Positions 20,226 through 29,439 of a DNA stretch of 61,630 nt are shown piece after piece; positions within the stretch are counted from its first letter, which is position 1, and the number at the start of each line of letters is the position of its first letter. The notes beneath the pieces were generated by a model that saw only the letters and a program-made list of their open reading frames with translations, was not told where the DNA came from and ran no database searches. Source of the DNA: a virus. Its lineage: Duplodnaviria; Caudoviricetes. The translations under genes and the position numbers were made by a program. The stretch spans positions 1 through 61,630 of the IMG/VR virus record IMGVR_UViG_3300042549_001103; one strand, written 5' to 3'.

Positions 20226-20620
20226 TATTTTCTCCTTACAGTCACAGAATATTGGCTGTCCACATTTAGTCCCGGTGGTAGCAAATCGGGATGCTCTTCT
20301 AAAAATTGCTTCATGTTGCCTTGGTTAAGACGTTTCTCTAATAGCTCAGGGGCTTGATGTTCAACAACAAACCTCCCCATCGCTTCCCAGTCGTTCGTCC
20401 AGTAGCTCTGCTTAACAGTGCGAAAAAACAAACCCTCGGCAGTACGCACGCTGTCTATATCGTTCTCTTTACAGAACTCTAGAAGTGCTGCCTTGACCTT
20501 ATCCATCTTAGTCTTTAGCGCCGATTCATTCTCTTTAAACTCGTGCAACATCTCGGCGTGTTTCTCGCGCATCTTGATGTAAATCTTTACTAGTTTCTCT
20601 ACGGGTACTTGATTGTCCAT
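20225..20620 (-). CDS. Conserved phage replication-module protein (coiled coil)
   Basis: ATG at 20620 follows RBS ggaga (the track starts at 20632). Confidence 0.6.
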   Translation of the reverse strand: MDNQVPVEKLVKIYIKMREKHAEMLHEFKENESALKTKMDKVKAALLEFCKENDIDSVRTAEGLFFRTVKQSYWTNDWEAMGRFVVEHQAPELLEKRLNQGNMKQFLEEHPDLLPPGLNVDSQYSVTVRRK

Positions 20621-20646
20621 GATGTTCTCCAAGTGATAACGATTTA

Positions 20647-20655
20647 ATTATAACA
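20647..20655 (-). promoter_or_regulatory. Extended -10 promoter (TGnTATAAT)
   Basis: Minus strand tgttataat in the short AT-rich gap after the helicase. Confidence 0.5.
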
Positions 20656-20667
20656 CATTACTATTAG

Positions 20668-22206
20668 TTATTGTAACAAATCTTTATATAAATCTACAAC
20701 CTTTGTATGTACGTCTATTTTATTGTCAAGAAGTTGGTAAACGTGACGTTCTACATACGATCCCTGAAGCTGTACCACCGTTGTTGGATGGCGTTGCCCA
20801 GAGCGATGAACCCTAGCGTTTGCTTGTGCGTATGTTTCAAGCGATGCAACAGGCCCCCACCACACCACCGTATCCGCAGCAGTGAGTGTTACCCCGTGCG
20901 CCGCTGACTGTGGCTGTATAACCAGAACTCGTGGTTCCGGCGTGTTTTGAAACCGTGTAAAAATATCCGTGCGCTTACCGGCGCTTACGTCCCCGGAGAT
21001 AATCTCGGTGGAAATACCGTCTGCAATCAATTTCTGGGTCAGGATTTGGATAATGTGCTTGTATGGCACAAACACCAGTACCTTCTGGTTAGTCTCGTCT
21101 ATAACCTCTTTTAGTGCCCTGTACCGATTCTTAATATCAAACTCAATTGTCTCACCCGTATCGGAGTACACCGCCCCGCACGATATTTGCAGCAGCTTAC
21201 TCATGTTGACTGCGGCGTTGACAGACGTAACAGACTCCCCTGCGGCTTCCATAATCATCTTGCCTTTGAGAAGTGCGTAGTACTTCTGCTGTTGTTTAGT
21301 CAATTCCACAGTACGCTTTACATACGTCATTTCCGGTAAGTCAAGGCACTCATCCTTCGTAAATCGAATAGCGGGTTGCAATGCCGTAAACACTGTGTTA
21401 GTAGCATCTGGTCTTGGTACCCATCGAAACTGCGCTATCTTGGTCATCACCATGTCTTTAAACGAACTCGCATATCGAGGCACAGCAGTCGGGTTGACGA
21501 GCCTAGCTAACCCATAGGCGTCCATGGGCGATTGCGCGGCGGGAGTACCTGTAAGCATCCACAGCCATGTATCAGGCGTCAGTAATCCATTGAGGACTTT
21601 CCACCGCTTGGCTTGTGCATTCTTGTATGCGTTAGCTTCGTCAATAACAATCAGGTCAAACTTAGCTGCGGCAATCTCGTCGCGCACGATCTCAACACCG
21701 TCGTAGTTAATGATGACAAACTCAGCGTCGCCATTGATGACTTGTTTACGCTTGGCTGCACTACCGTATGCGATGTCAACCGAACGGTGCATAGCAAATG
21801 AGAACAAATCCTTTCGCCATGCTATGTCCATAATTGACATTGGGCAGATCACCAACACACGCTTAATCCGTTGTTGCCGCATCAAATAATCCGCAGCCCA
21901 TATGACGCTTCCGGTCTTGCCAGTACCCTGCTCGTTAAAGCAGAACGCCCGCTTGTGCAATGTCAGGAACGCAGAAGTTGTACGTTGATGATCGAACGGC
22001 CTGTACTGCCCGGGCCAATCGTACTGCCCCAAAATTGGACTCGGCACGTTTCGTATCTTCAGGTTCTTCAAAACTTGTGCTTCGTCTAGTCCCCAACGCA
22101 CCAACACCTTACCATTACCTAAGTCCTTACTCTTTGGGATAACCGTTGTAATTTTTTGTGGGTTACGCAAACTGAGTAATAAGTTCTTATTGTCAATAAT
22201 TTCCAA
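20668..22206 (-). CDS. SNF2-family (SF2) helicase
   Basis: EQGTGKT, IDEA, LTGTP, QANARVHRSGQ; likely TTG start at 22206 after RBS ggaga. Confidence 0.9.
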   Translation of the reverse strand: MEIIDNKNLLLSLRNPQKITTVIPKSKDLGNGKVLVRWGLDEAQVLKNLKIRNVPSPILGQYDWPGQYRPFDHQRTTSAFLTLHKRAFCFNEQGTGKTGSVIWAADYLMRQQRIKRVLVICPMSIMDIAWRKDLFSFAMHRSVDIAYGSAAKRKQVINGDAEFVIINYDGVEIVRDEIAAAKFDLIVIDEANAYKNAQAKRWKVLNGLLTPDTWLWMLTGTPAAQSPMDAYGLARLVNPTAVPRYASSFKDMVMTKIAQFRWVPRPDATNTVFTALQPAIRFTKDECLDLPEMTYVKRTVELTKQQQKYYALLKGKMIMEAAGESVTSVNAAVNMSKLLQISCGAVYSDTGETIEFDIKNRYRALKEVIDETNQKVLVFVPYKHIIQILTQKLIADGISTEIISGDVSAGKRTDIFTRFQNTPEPRVLVIQPQSAAHGVTLTAADTVVWWGPVASLETYAQANARVHRSGQRHPTTVVQLQGSYVERHVYQLLDNKIDVHTKVVDLYKDLLQ

Positions 22207-22250
22207 CTTGTTCTCCGATGCCAAAACAACCAAACACGGTGTGCATGGTT

Positions 22251-22438
22251 TAAAAAGTGTGGGCTCCCATAAAGCAGGGTTCCATAGAAAATTAAAACAC
22301 TAACAGTCCAGAGTGCAGGTGCCTGCCAAGAAACCTAGGTCTGCGAGACTGCTGTTGTTTAAATCAGGTCGCTAACACCTGATACCCACAAGTATAAAGA
22401 CTTAGTTAATCCTTATACCTATAGGTACCACGTACCCA
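22251..22438 (-). ncRNA. Candidate multi-stem non-coding RNA
   Basis: Several stems, with G-U pairs favouring the minus strand; see findings. Confidence 0.45.
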
Positions 22439-22735
22439 CTACTTCTTGCGTTCTCTCTTGCTAACTTCTGATACTAGGTTGCGCTTTGCATCGCGCTTAA
22501 ACGATCTGTTAGCACTTGCGTTCTCGACCTTCAAGCCATCTTTAATCGAGCCGCCTTTATCTTTTGCTTTGACATGTGCAACATCGTTGCCGTCGCCTTT
22601 AGATACTTTACCAGCTTTCATCATTTGTGCACGAGCCTTGTTGCGCTCAGCACGATTCTTTAATTGTTCAGGAGAGCCTTGATACTTATCGTATTCGGTC
22701 TTGTAATCTCTATCTGCTTTGTTCTTGTAAGGCAT
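22439..22735 (-). CDS. Small HNH-like endonuclease
   Basis: RNKAR...GDGNDVAHVK...GGS...ANRSF, a degenerate HNH pattern. Confidence 0.65.
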   Translation of the reverse strand: MPYKNKADRDYKTEYDKYQGSPEQLKNRAERNKARAQMMKAGKVSKGDGNDVAHVKAKDKGGSIKDGLKVENASANRSFKRDAKRNLVSEVSKRERKK

Positions 22736-22736
22736 A

Positions 22737-23408
22737 TTAGTTCCTTCCGTTATGTGGGCAACTTAGCACCACACAGTGTTTTTTACAAAGCCCTGATGGG
22801 CGTGGGTTCCATACGTTGCTTGCGTATGCTTCTTTCATGCGGTTGTATTGCTGTAACCATTTTTCCCACAACGCCGCTTCGCTTTCAATTGGGTACTGGT
22901 CTTTAACAAAGTCTTTACTAACAACAAACAGTAAGCCCGCTTTTACATGAGTCACCATCGGGAAGTGCTTAAACACCGCAAGCGCCATTAACTCAAGTTG
23001 ACCCTTATCTGCGTACTTAGCACTCTTACCTGTCTTGTAATCTAATACGTGTGCAACTTTTGTATCGTAGTTAATTATGAGTAAGTCGGCAATACCCCGC
23101 CACCACACGTGCTCATCTTTAAACTTACAGGGCTCTAAGTTTTCGGTCAAGCCCATCTCGTACTCGCACAACTTATCACCGGGAATAACGTTCAACTTAT
23201 CCAGTGCACCTTTAGCATAAGAAAAATGCGCGGGTAGCGGTGTGCCGTCCTTGATGTACAACTCTGCTGCTGTGTGAAACTCTGTACCGTACATAGTCGC
23301 GGTAGTGGGGGGTTCGGAAAAGTCTCTGATTACTTTTAGGTGGTAAAACTTCCTAGGGCAATCGTTAAACGATTTCATACCACTATACGACCATGTAGGT
23401 ACACTCAT
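22737..23408 (-). CDS. PD-(D/E)XK / Cas4-like exonuclease
   Basis: WSYS...CPR, GTEFH, GIADL, LDYKTG, QLELMA and C-terminal Cys cluster; likely start at 23408 overlapping the polA stop. Confidence 0.85.
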   Translation of the reverse strand: MSVPTWSYSGMKSFNDCPRKFYHLKVIRDFSEPPTTATMYGTEFHTAAELYIKDGTPLPAHFSYAKGALDKLNVIPGDKLCEYEMGLTENLEPCKFKDEHVWWRGIADLLIINYDTKVAHVLDYKTGKSAKYADKGQLELMALAVFKHFPMVTHVKAGLLFVVSKDFVKDQYPIESEAALWEKWLQQYNRMKEAYASNVWNPRPSGLCKKHCVVLSCPHNGRN

Positions 23409-25234
23409 TAACAATCTCCGTACGACTTCCCGTGGCCTGATTCGCAATTGAGTGGGAGGCCCGTCGCCCACGTTGGTGTCCACCGCATACTTTCTTCTAC
23501 GTACGCAACAGCTTCACCCACCATCTCATCCGGCACGACACAAGCAATCGCGTCATGGACAGTCAACACAACTTTGTATCGCTTTGCGATGCGCAACATC
23601 TGCTCACCAATGATACACCTTGCTACTGCTTGACACACATTCTCAACTACTTTGCCACCGTATATGCGAGTGCGCCCCTTGCGAGTAGCGTAGCTAAACT
23701 CAATACCTTTTTCGCCCTGCTCAAATTCAAGTCCATCATACCGCATCAGTAAACCGGATGGAAGCCTTATACCCGATGTTTTTGGTTCTATTGTCAGCAC
23801 ACCTTCTGGTAGCCCTAGACGCATCTCATCTCCGTTCGCCATACGCACTAAAGCCGATTGTGCATCGCGCCATAAATTAACGATGTCGTCGTTTGCCCTG
23901 CGGTAAATATCAATAACGCGCCGCGCTTCGCTAAGTTCCATATCAAACCCAAACGTCTTAAGTTGTGCTTGAAACTTGGGCGCACCCATACCGTACCCTG
24001 CACCGAGAATCGTGGTCTTACCCACAAACCGCTGATCTTTGGATACTTGGTCTTCTGGCACGTCATAAATGATTGACGCCATCTTCTTGTACACATCTTC
24101 CTTGTTTGTAAAGCCCGCGAGTAGATCGGTTTGTCCTGCTAACCACGCCAGTACCCGTGCCTCGATCTGTGCAGAGTCAGCGTCAATGATGGTGTAACCC
24201 TCTGGTGCAACGATAGAGTGCTTGAGCTTGTTTGCATTAGCCCCGCGACTGGGTAAGTTTTGCAAGTTAATCTTATCGTCCCCACCCCATCGCCCCGTGT
24301 GCGCTGCGTAATATCGAATCGGTACAGGCATGAGCCCGCGTTTGGCAATGTCAATGAACCGTTGCGTCCTAGTTTCTTCAAGTGTGCTCTTAGTGCCAAG
24401 GCGTGCCGACACCAGTGTTTGCACCCGCACATCTTCGTGTTCGGCTAGTGCTTTAAATCCCTCGTCGCTCTTAGCCAAAGCAAGGGCTTCTTTACCTGTG
24501 GTCAGACTAATTTTTGTTGGGGGTGTCACGCCTAAACTTGTCAGCAACTCAGCAAACTTCAGGTTCGACATCAGCACCTCACGTGTTGCACCACACTCTT
24601 CAAGCAGCGCCGCCTTACGTTCTTTGATGTCAGACAAGTGATGCTCAAGCAGCGGTAGGTTCAGGTCAAGCACGGGCTCGATAAACATACGCAACGTACA
24701 GTCGATCAGTTTGTATTCCTGCTTTGGAAAGTTTGCCGCCATCAAATTAAAAATCTTATACGTAAGATCGACGTCGTTGATGCAGTAGTCTCCGTACAAT
24801 GATAGTTCCTCTTCGCTGAAATCGGCGCGGCGCTTACCTTTAGCGTTGATTACTTCTGTCCCCTTGACACCCACTTGGTAGCGCTCCGCCATAGCTTTGA
24901 GTGAGCCACCCACCTCGATACCGTGCAGAGCCCTTCCCATACACAAAGTATCAGCCCATACACGAGGAGTAACACCAAAGCGCCAATTAAGAATGGCACC
25001 ATCGAACATAGTGTTATGGCATACCACCATCGCATTTGCCCAGTTGAAAGTCTGTAACCATTCGTTGATTTGTTCATACGTGCCACTCGCCCATTCCGTT
25101 GGGTTGTTGTTTACTTTTATAGCTAATCCAATCACTTCAAACCGGTAGTCGCGCACGTACTCTTCTGTCGTTAGCTTTGTCAGACTAAACTCTTGATCGT
25201 AGTAAGTTTCAAAATCAATTACAATTAAGTCCAT
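23408..25234 (-). CDS. polA: Family A DNA polymerase with 3'-5' exonuclease
   Basis: DFET, HNTMFD and YCINDV exonuclease motifs; DSAQIEARV (A), RFVGKTTILGAGYG (B), TVHD (C). Confidence 0.92.
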   Translation of the reverse strand: MDLIVIDFETYYDQEFSLTKLTTEEYVRDYRFEVIGLAIKVNNNPTEWASGTYEQINEWLQTFNWANAMVVCHNTMFDGAILNWRFGVTPRVWADTLCMGRALHGIEVGGSLKAMAERYQVGVKGTEVINAKGKRRADFSEEELSLYGDYCINDVDLTYKIFNLMAANFPKQEYKLIDCTLRMFIEPVLDLNLPLLEHHLSDIKERKAALLEECGATREVLMSNLKFAELLTSLGVTPPTKISLTTGKEALALAKSDEGFKALAEHEDVRVQTLVSARLGTKSTLEETRTQRFIDIAKRGLMPVPIRYYAAHTGRWGGDDKINLQNLPSRGANANKLKHSIVAPEGYTIIDADSAQIEARVLAWLAGQTDLLAGFTNKEDVYKKMASIIYDVPEDQVSKDQRFVGKTTILGAGYGMGAPKFQAQLKTFGFDMELSEARRVIDIYRRANDDIVNLWRDAQSALVRMANGDEMRLGLPEGVLTIEPKTSGIRLPSGLLMRYDGLEFEQGEKGIEFSYATRKGRTRIYGGKVVENVCQAVARCIIGEQMLRIAKRYKVVLTVHDAIACVVPDEMVGEAVAYVEESMRWTPTWATGLPLNCESGHGKSYGDC

Positions 25235-25449
25235 TAGGTTTCCTTAGTTGCTTTACGCTTTCTTTTAAGTGCAGTGATGCCCGCTTGTGGTTCTTCAGGT
25301 TCTTCGTCATACTTAGCTTCGATCATTGCGTCTGCTAGGACATAACACCACGTAGCAACACGCGGCTCACTACCCTCCATGACACCTCGACTAGACAGCC
25401 CCATCAATGCTAATCCCGCAAACAAGTCTCTCAGGTCTTCGTCATTCAT
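25234..25449 (-). CDS. Hypothetical protein
   Basis: LRDLFAGLALMGL...YVLADAMI, a common small phage protein pattern. Confidence 0.65.
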   Translation of the reverse strand: MNDEDLRDLFAGLALMGLSSRGVMEGSEPRVATWCYVLADAMIEAKYDEEPEEPQAGITALKRKRKATKET

Positions 25450-25829
25450 TTTGGCTCCTTTAAAACTTCTAATAACTTCTCAAGGTAATGGATGCCCTTA
25501 CCAATCTCTTGTTCGGACTGATCCTTTGAGCCCATGCGCATGATGTACTTTAGCGCACCCGCACGATACGCACCAACTCGCTGCTCGACAGGCCAAGTGT
25601 CGATTACATCCCAAGGCTCAACACCCATGGCTTTGTAGTGTGTACCGCCAACTTGTTTAGCGTTGGCGGTCTTGACCTCATGCTCGATAGAGCCACGCCG
25701 TTCTTCTATAGCTTCTTTGTGCGCCGCAAGGCTGTAGGCTTCTGCAATGTTCTTTGGGTAGCTCATTTCTTTTTCCTTTTGTTTGTTTAAGCGTATTTCT
25801 AAAAGATTGAATTCGTCATCCTCAGTCAT
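25446..25829 (-). CDS. DUF3310-like protein (T7 gp1.7 nucleotide kinase-related)
   Basis: QVGGTHY...ALKYIMRMGSK...KGIHYLE. Confidence 0.75.
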   Translation of the reverse strand: MTEDDEFNLLEIRLNKQKEKEMSYPKNIAEAYSLAAHKEAIEERRGSIEHEVKTANAKQVGGTHYKAMGVEPWDVIDTWPVEQRVGAYRAGALKYIMRMGSKDQSEQEIGKGIHYLEKLLEVLKEPK

Positions 25830-26289
25830 ACTTCGCTCCTAGTAACTCGACTCTTGGTTTGTTAAACAGCCATGTTGATGCATGGTCTGGGTGTGGTTGG
25901 AAACGTTCCATAAACTTAATGTGTTCACCGTGCTGCATGGCGTAATCTTTGCTGTGAATCGTGGAGCGCCATCCGTTGTTCGTCGCGAGGGGGGCGTAGG
26001 GGTCATAAGTGTTGCGCCTGTTAATTTCTTTGCGTGCTTCGTTTTGTGTCTTTTTCTTCTTGCTTATGAGCATAACGGACTCCCCCTTGCCGAGTTTGTA
26101 CACTTTGGTGAGAACATTATGCTTGCCCTTACGCCACTCGCATACATGAATCTCCCCCATCTCTTCTAGCAGACGTAGGTGCTTGGATGTGGCTTTGGTC
26201 TCTGACTTTAACTCTATTGCAATTTCTGATGCGCTCATGTCTTTGGTTGCGAGGATGTCGAGAACCTGTTCTTGTCTTTGGCTAATCAT
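25822..26289 (-). CDS. Winged-HTH protein
   Basis: MSASEIAIELKSETKATSKHLRLLEEMG. Confidence 0.6.
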   Translation of the reverse strand: MISQRQEQVLDILATKDMSASEIAIELKSETKATSKHLRLLEEMGEIHVCEWRKGKHNVLTKVYKLGKGESVMLISKKKKTQNEARKEINRRNTYDPYAPLATNNGWRSTIHSKDYAMQHGEHIKFMERFQPHPDHASTWLFNKPRVELLGAKYD

Positions 26290-26647
26290 TTTTTTCCTTT
26301 AGCTTGGCTTCAACAGCAAGTATGGCTATTGAAAAATCAATTAGTTCTTCTAACTCTGCTTCATCGGAAGTGCAATCGTCAATGATTTTATGTACTTCAT
26401 CATCCGTCAGCCCGACCCATTTACGCTTGGGTGGCAGTGAAGACATAGACAATACGTCATGCGCTTGTCTGAGTAATGCGCATGCTGTTTCCGTTGTGGT
26501 TACAGGCTCTTGCTTCTCTGCTTGCTCAATTGCTTGGCGCAGTGCTTCTATCTCGGGCAGCAACTCGACTTTATACTCAGCGTCAATGCCAATCTCCCAC
26601 AGGTGTTCAAACTTAGCCAACGCTTGTTTCATTGCTTCGATGCTCAT
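26282..26647 (-). CDS. Hypothetical protein
   Basis: EALRQAIEQAEKQEP...WVGLTDDE; coupled overlaps with neighbours. Confidence 0.65.
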   Translation of the reverse strand: MSIEAMKQALAKFEHLWEIGIDAEYKVELLPEIEALRQAIEQAEKQEPVTTTETACALLRQAHDVLSMSSLPPKRKWVGLTDDEVHKIIDDCTSDEAELEELIDFSIAILAVEAKLKEKND

Positions 26648-27012
26648 GTGTTGCGCTCCTTTAATAGGGCTTCAATCATTCTCGCCAAGCTAATACCACT
26701 ATACACATTGCTATATGTTTCAACCTCTACATCAGACATCCCAATCCAAGGCCTTTTGTATTCTTGGATGTCGTCGTCAATCGTCAGACCGTTTGGACGA
26801 TGCGCCATGTCGTTTTCGGGTACATATTCTTCGGACGTGTCGCTGTTTTGCTCTTTTGTGTGCATAGCGTATTCCTCGTCCCCGCTAATAAAATGAAAGC
26901 CTGACCCACGCAGAAACTGTTCAAACATTTCGTGGATTTCAACAAGAGTCACGCCCTCAAAGTTCATCTCGACTATCGTGCCGTATTGCTCTGATTTAAA
27001 AACGAATTTCAT
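26644..27012 (-). CDS. Hypothetical protein
   Basis: Likely start at 27012 (ATGA overlap with the upstream gene). Confidence 0.6.
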   Translation of the reverse strand: MKFVFKSEQYGTIVEMNFEGVTLVEIHEMFEQFLRGSGFHFISGDEEYAMHTKEQNSDTSEEYVPENDMAHRPNGLTIDDDIQEYKRPWIGMSDVEVETYSNVYSGISLARMIEALLKERNT

Positions 27013-27221
27013 TTCTCGCCCCTGTGCATAGCCCGATCCATCTGCTCGTCTAAGCCTTTCTCTGTACACATAAACAGGTGTGCTGTGTATTTGTTCAGCC
27101 ACTTGTAACGCTCGGCATCACGTTGCAAGGCTCGGACTTCACGGGCAATCTCTGCCATCTCTTCGCTTGTAACGAACGCACCCTCGTCCAGTATCTTTAG
27201 TAGTTTGTCCAAGATGTTCAT
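27009..27221 (-). CDS. Hypothetical protein
   Basis: RDAERYKWL motif common in phage small proteins. Confidence 0.6.
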   Translation of the reverse strand: MNILDKLLKILDEGAFVTSEEMAEIAREVRALQRDAERYKWLNKYTAHLFMCTEKGLDEQMDRAMHRGEK

Positions 27222-27223
27222 AC

Positions 27224-27445
27224 TTATCTCCTTATGATTACTTCAGCCTCTGTTTCAATCCATACCCTTGCACCACAAGATAAAGGCTTGTCAGGGGAGT
27301 ACACAATCCTGCTACCCCCCATGATCTCTACCTCGTGTGCGTAGGTATTGCTCTTGTATGTCTTAACGGTCAGGATAGGGTTGTCCGTACCGTTTTTGAC
27401 ATTAGCTTTAACCTCATGTTGGTTAACGTGGATGATGGTTTTCAT
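27224..27445 (-). CDS. Conserved small phage protein
   Basis: IHVNQH...PLSCGARVWIET; likely start at 27445. Confidence 0.65.
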   Translation of the reverse strand: MKTIIHVNQHEVKANVKNGTDNPILTVKTYKSNTYAHEVEIMGGSRIVYSPDKPLSCGARVWIETEAEVIIRR

Positions 27446-27449
27446 ATTT

Positions 27450-27599
27450 TTACATGCAAGTGGTTGTGCAGTTTGTTCCATAGCAGCACGTAGTGCATAC
27501 CGTCATACGTCCGCCAGAGATCACCGTGTTGGTGACACAGTTTGCATAAGCAGCTGTAGTAACTGTTGCAAAAATAATTCCCATCAATAGTTGTTTCAT
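27450..27599 (-). CDS. Secreted cysteine-rich peptide (49 aa; not in the ORF track)
   Basis: MKQLLMGIIFATVTTAAYANCVTNTVISGGRMTVCTTCCYGTNCTTTCM*; RBS ggagga; ATGA overlap with the ParB-like gene. Confidence 0.75.
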   Translation of the reverse strand: MKQLLMGIIFATVTTAAYANCVTNTVISGGRMTVCTTCCYGTNCTTTCM

Positions 27600-28435
27600 T
27601 CTAAATCCTCCGATTCACCCATGTTAATTTTCTTTTGGAGGTTCTTGTTAACTTCTTTCATTACACCCTCCGCCCATATACGTTGACCGCGCCTCTCGTG
27701 ATACTCCACTGCTTTATCCGCGGCTTTCATAATACCCACCGCCCCGATCTTTTTCAGTCGAGTTCGTAAACGAAGGTCGGTTAAATCAACCTCTGCATTT
27801 TTATGGATGTACCACAAACTACCCAATACTTTTTCATGTAAAGGGACATTACCGCTAATATCAATTGCCGCATCAAGTACGGCTTCCAACATAGCGGCAT
27901 CTTCTTTAGTTCGATTCAGCGCCCAAGCAACACACTTCAAGTCTCGTGCCTTATTCGCTGTTGAACTAACTCGGATATTTAAGCGTGAACAGATACCGTT
28001 AAACTTTACCGCTGTCGGATCATCTGCTGCAAGTGCCGCACGATACTTATCTGTACTAAACACAGGGCGACGTCCAGTGTTGGCGTCTAGAAATCCTTGT
28101 GCCTCTTGCGCGATACTAGCGGACTCAAACACTAAGCAAGGTAACGTCTTAATATCTGAACGTCGTTTAGCTGCTGCAACTCGGTGCTGCCCGTCAATCA
28201 CCCAAAATACTCCATTGCGTTTACCGACAATGATTGTGCCACAAGCAAACCATGACCATGCGCTTGCCATGCTAACTGCTTTGGACTCAACCAAATTACG
28301 TTGGTACGCAGGGGACACTTGCAACAACCCCTTGTTGAGCATACCGAATCGACCCGGCTCATCTTTGACTGTCCACCCGTAAATCTTTACCTTGTCCTGT
28401 ATAGAACCGTTAATGCCTACACGTGTTTCACTCAT
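27596..28435 (-). CDS. ParB/Srx-like domain protein
   Basis: YQR and VIDGQHRVAAA (GxxR) motifs. Confidence 0.75.
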   Translation of the reverse strand: MSETRVGINGSIQDKVKIYGWTVKDEPGRFGMLNKGLLQVSPAYQRNLVESKAVSMASAWSWFACGTIIVGKRNGVFWVIDGQHRVAAAKRRSDIKTLPCLVFESASIAQEAQGFLDANTGRRPVFSTDKYRAALAADDPTAVKFNGICSRLNIRVSSTANKARDLKCVAWALNRTKEDAAMLEAVLDAAIDISGNVPLHEKVLGSLWYIHKNAEVDLTDLRLRTRLKKIGAVGIMKAADKAVEYHERRGQRIWAEGVMKEVNKNLQKKINMGESEDLE

Positions 28436-28444
28436 GTCGTTCTC

Positions 28445-28672
28445 CTAGAAATATGTAATTAAATAAATTAAAGCAACTACTGCAACTGCACTTACTGCAA
28501 CCCATATTCTGCTGGGTTTACTACGTTCAAACTGAGTACCAAGCAATACGTTTTGCAAGTTCATCGCATCCGCATCGAGTGCTACGTTCTTACCGCTGTA
28601 CGTGCCTTGGGTTTGTCTACGCTCAAACCACTTAGGTTCGTACGCTATGCCAATCTTCACTTTGCATTCCAT
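28445..28672 (-). CDS. Hypothetical membrane protein
   Basis: C-terminal TM segment IWVAVSAVAVVALIYLITYF. Confidence 0.55.
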   Translation of the reverse strand: MECKVKIGIAYEPKWFERRQTQGTYSGKNVALDADAMNLQNVLLGTQFERSKPSRIWVAVSAVAVVALIYLITYF

Positions 28673-28673
28673 C

Positions 28674-28862
28674 TCATTCTTCCTTGTTTGTTGTGCCGTC
28701 TGGGTAGAACAGCGTGTTATGTACACGACTTGGTTTACGCAGTATGTCCATTGAATTCGGCCTCGTAGCTATGACCGACAACTTCATACCTTTGTACTGC
28801 CCCTTATTGAACCTATCAATATCTCGGGGCGGCGTCTTTACTTGCTTAGGTTTGTTAACCAT
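28674..28862 (-). CDS. Hypothetical protein
   Basis: Likely start at 28862; RPNSMDILRKPSR. Confidence 0.55.
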   Translation of the reverse strand: MVNKPKQVKTPPRDIDRFNKGQYKGMKLSVIATRPNSMDILRKPSRVHNTLFYPDGTTNKEE

Positions 28863-29134
28863 TCGTGTACCTCGTCCATGTTGCCTTCGTTGACAACGAT
28901 AGCTGCGCCACCGCATTGCCTTATGTTGGCGAGTTCGCGGTCTTGCAGTGCTGTTGTTGTGTTCTTACCTGCCTTGCATTCGATGGCAAAGAACGCACCC
29001 TGATAACAACCTATGATGTCAGGCACTCCACTTCTACCGAAACCACCTGTAGCGGGGAAAAAGTAGTAAGCACCTAGTAGATCGAGTTGTTTCTGGACTG
29101 CTTTCTTCACCCGTTTTTCGGGTGTCATAGCCAT
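28838..29134 (-). CDS. VRR-NUC domain nuclease (resolvase-like)
   Basis: PEKRVK...GVPDII...AIECKAG...TALQ. Confidence 0.85.
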   Translation of the reverse strand: MAMTPEKRVKKAVQKQLDLLGAYYFFPATGGFGRSGVPDIIGCYQGAFFAIECKAGKNTTTALQDRELANIRQCGGAAIVVNEGNMDEVHEWLTNLSK

Positions 29135-29136
29135 GA

Positions 29137-29418
29137 TTATTTAAACTTTTCGACAACACGTTTGATGGCACGGACGAATATGTTTTCCGGCTCAGGCGCG
29201 GGCTCTTGTTTAATCGGCGCGGGCGTTGTTGGCTCAAGGTCGAGCGTTAACTGCTCAGGCTTTTTACTTATGACAGTTCCCGTATTTCTTAGCCGTGAAC
29301 GTAAGTTGTATACGTACTGCGGGCTAACCGTTAAGGACTTAACGATTGTTGCTGTTGACGCACCTTGGTTAATCATTTTAGTTGCGCGTTCAATTTTAGT
29401 CAGGCGTGGCTTGCTCAT
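29137..29418 (-). CDS. HTH-containing protein
   Basis: GASTATIVKSLTVSPQYVYNLR. Confidence 0.55.
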   Translation of the reverse strand: MSKPRLTKIERATKMINQGASTATIVKSLTVSPQYVYNLRSRLRNTGTVISKKPEQLTLDLEPTTPAPIKQEPAPEPENIFVRAIKRVVEKFK

Positions 29419-29439
29419 TACTTTCTCCTAGATCGCAAT

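Noticed and set aside
22251-22438. tRNA, group I intron, or hammerhead/pistol ribozyme
   Set aside because: No cloverleaf or T-loop consensus, no interrupted gene, and the catalytic core sequences were not found by eye
22737-23408. Cas4 as evidence of a CRISPR system
   Set aside because: Cas4-like PD-(D/E)XK nucleases are routine in phage replication modules; this one is coupled to polA
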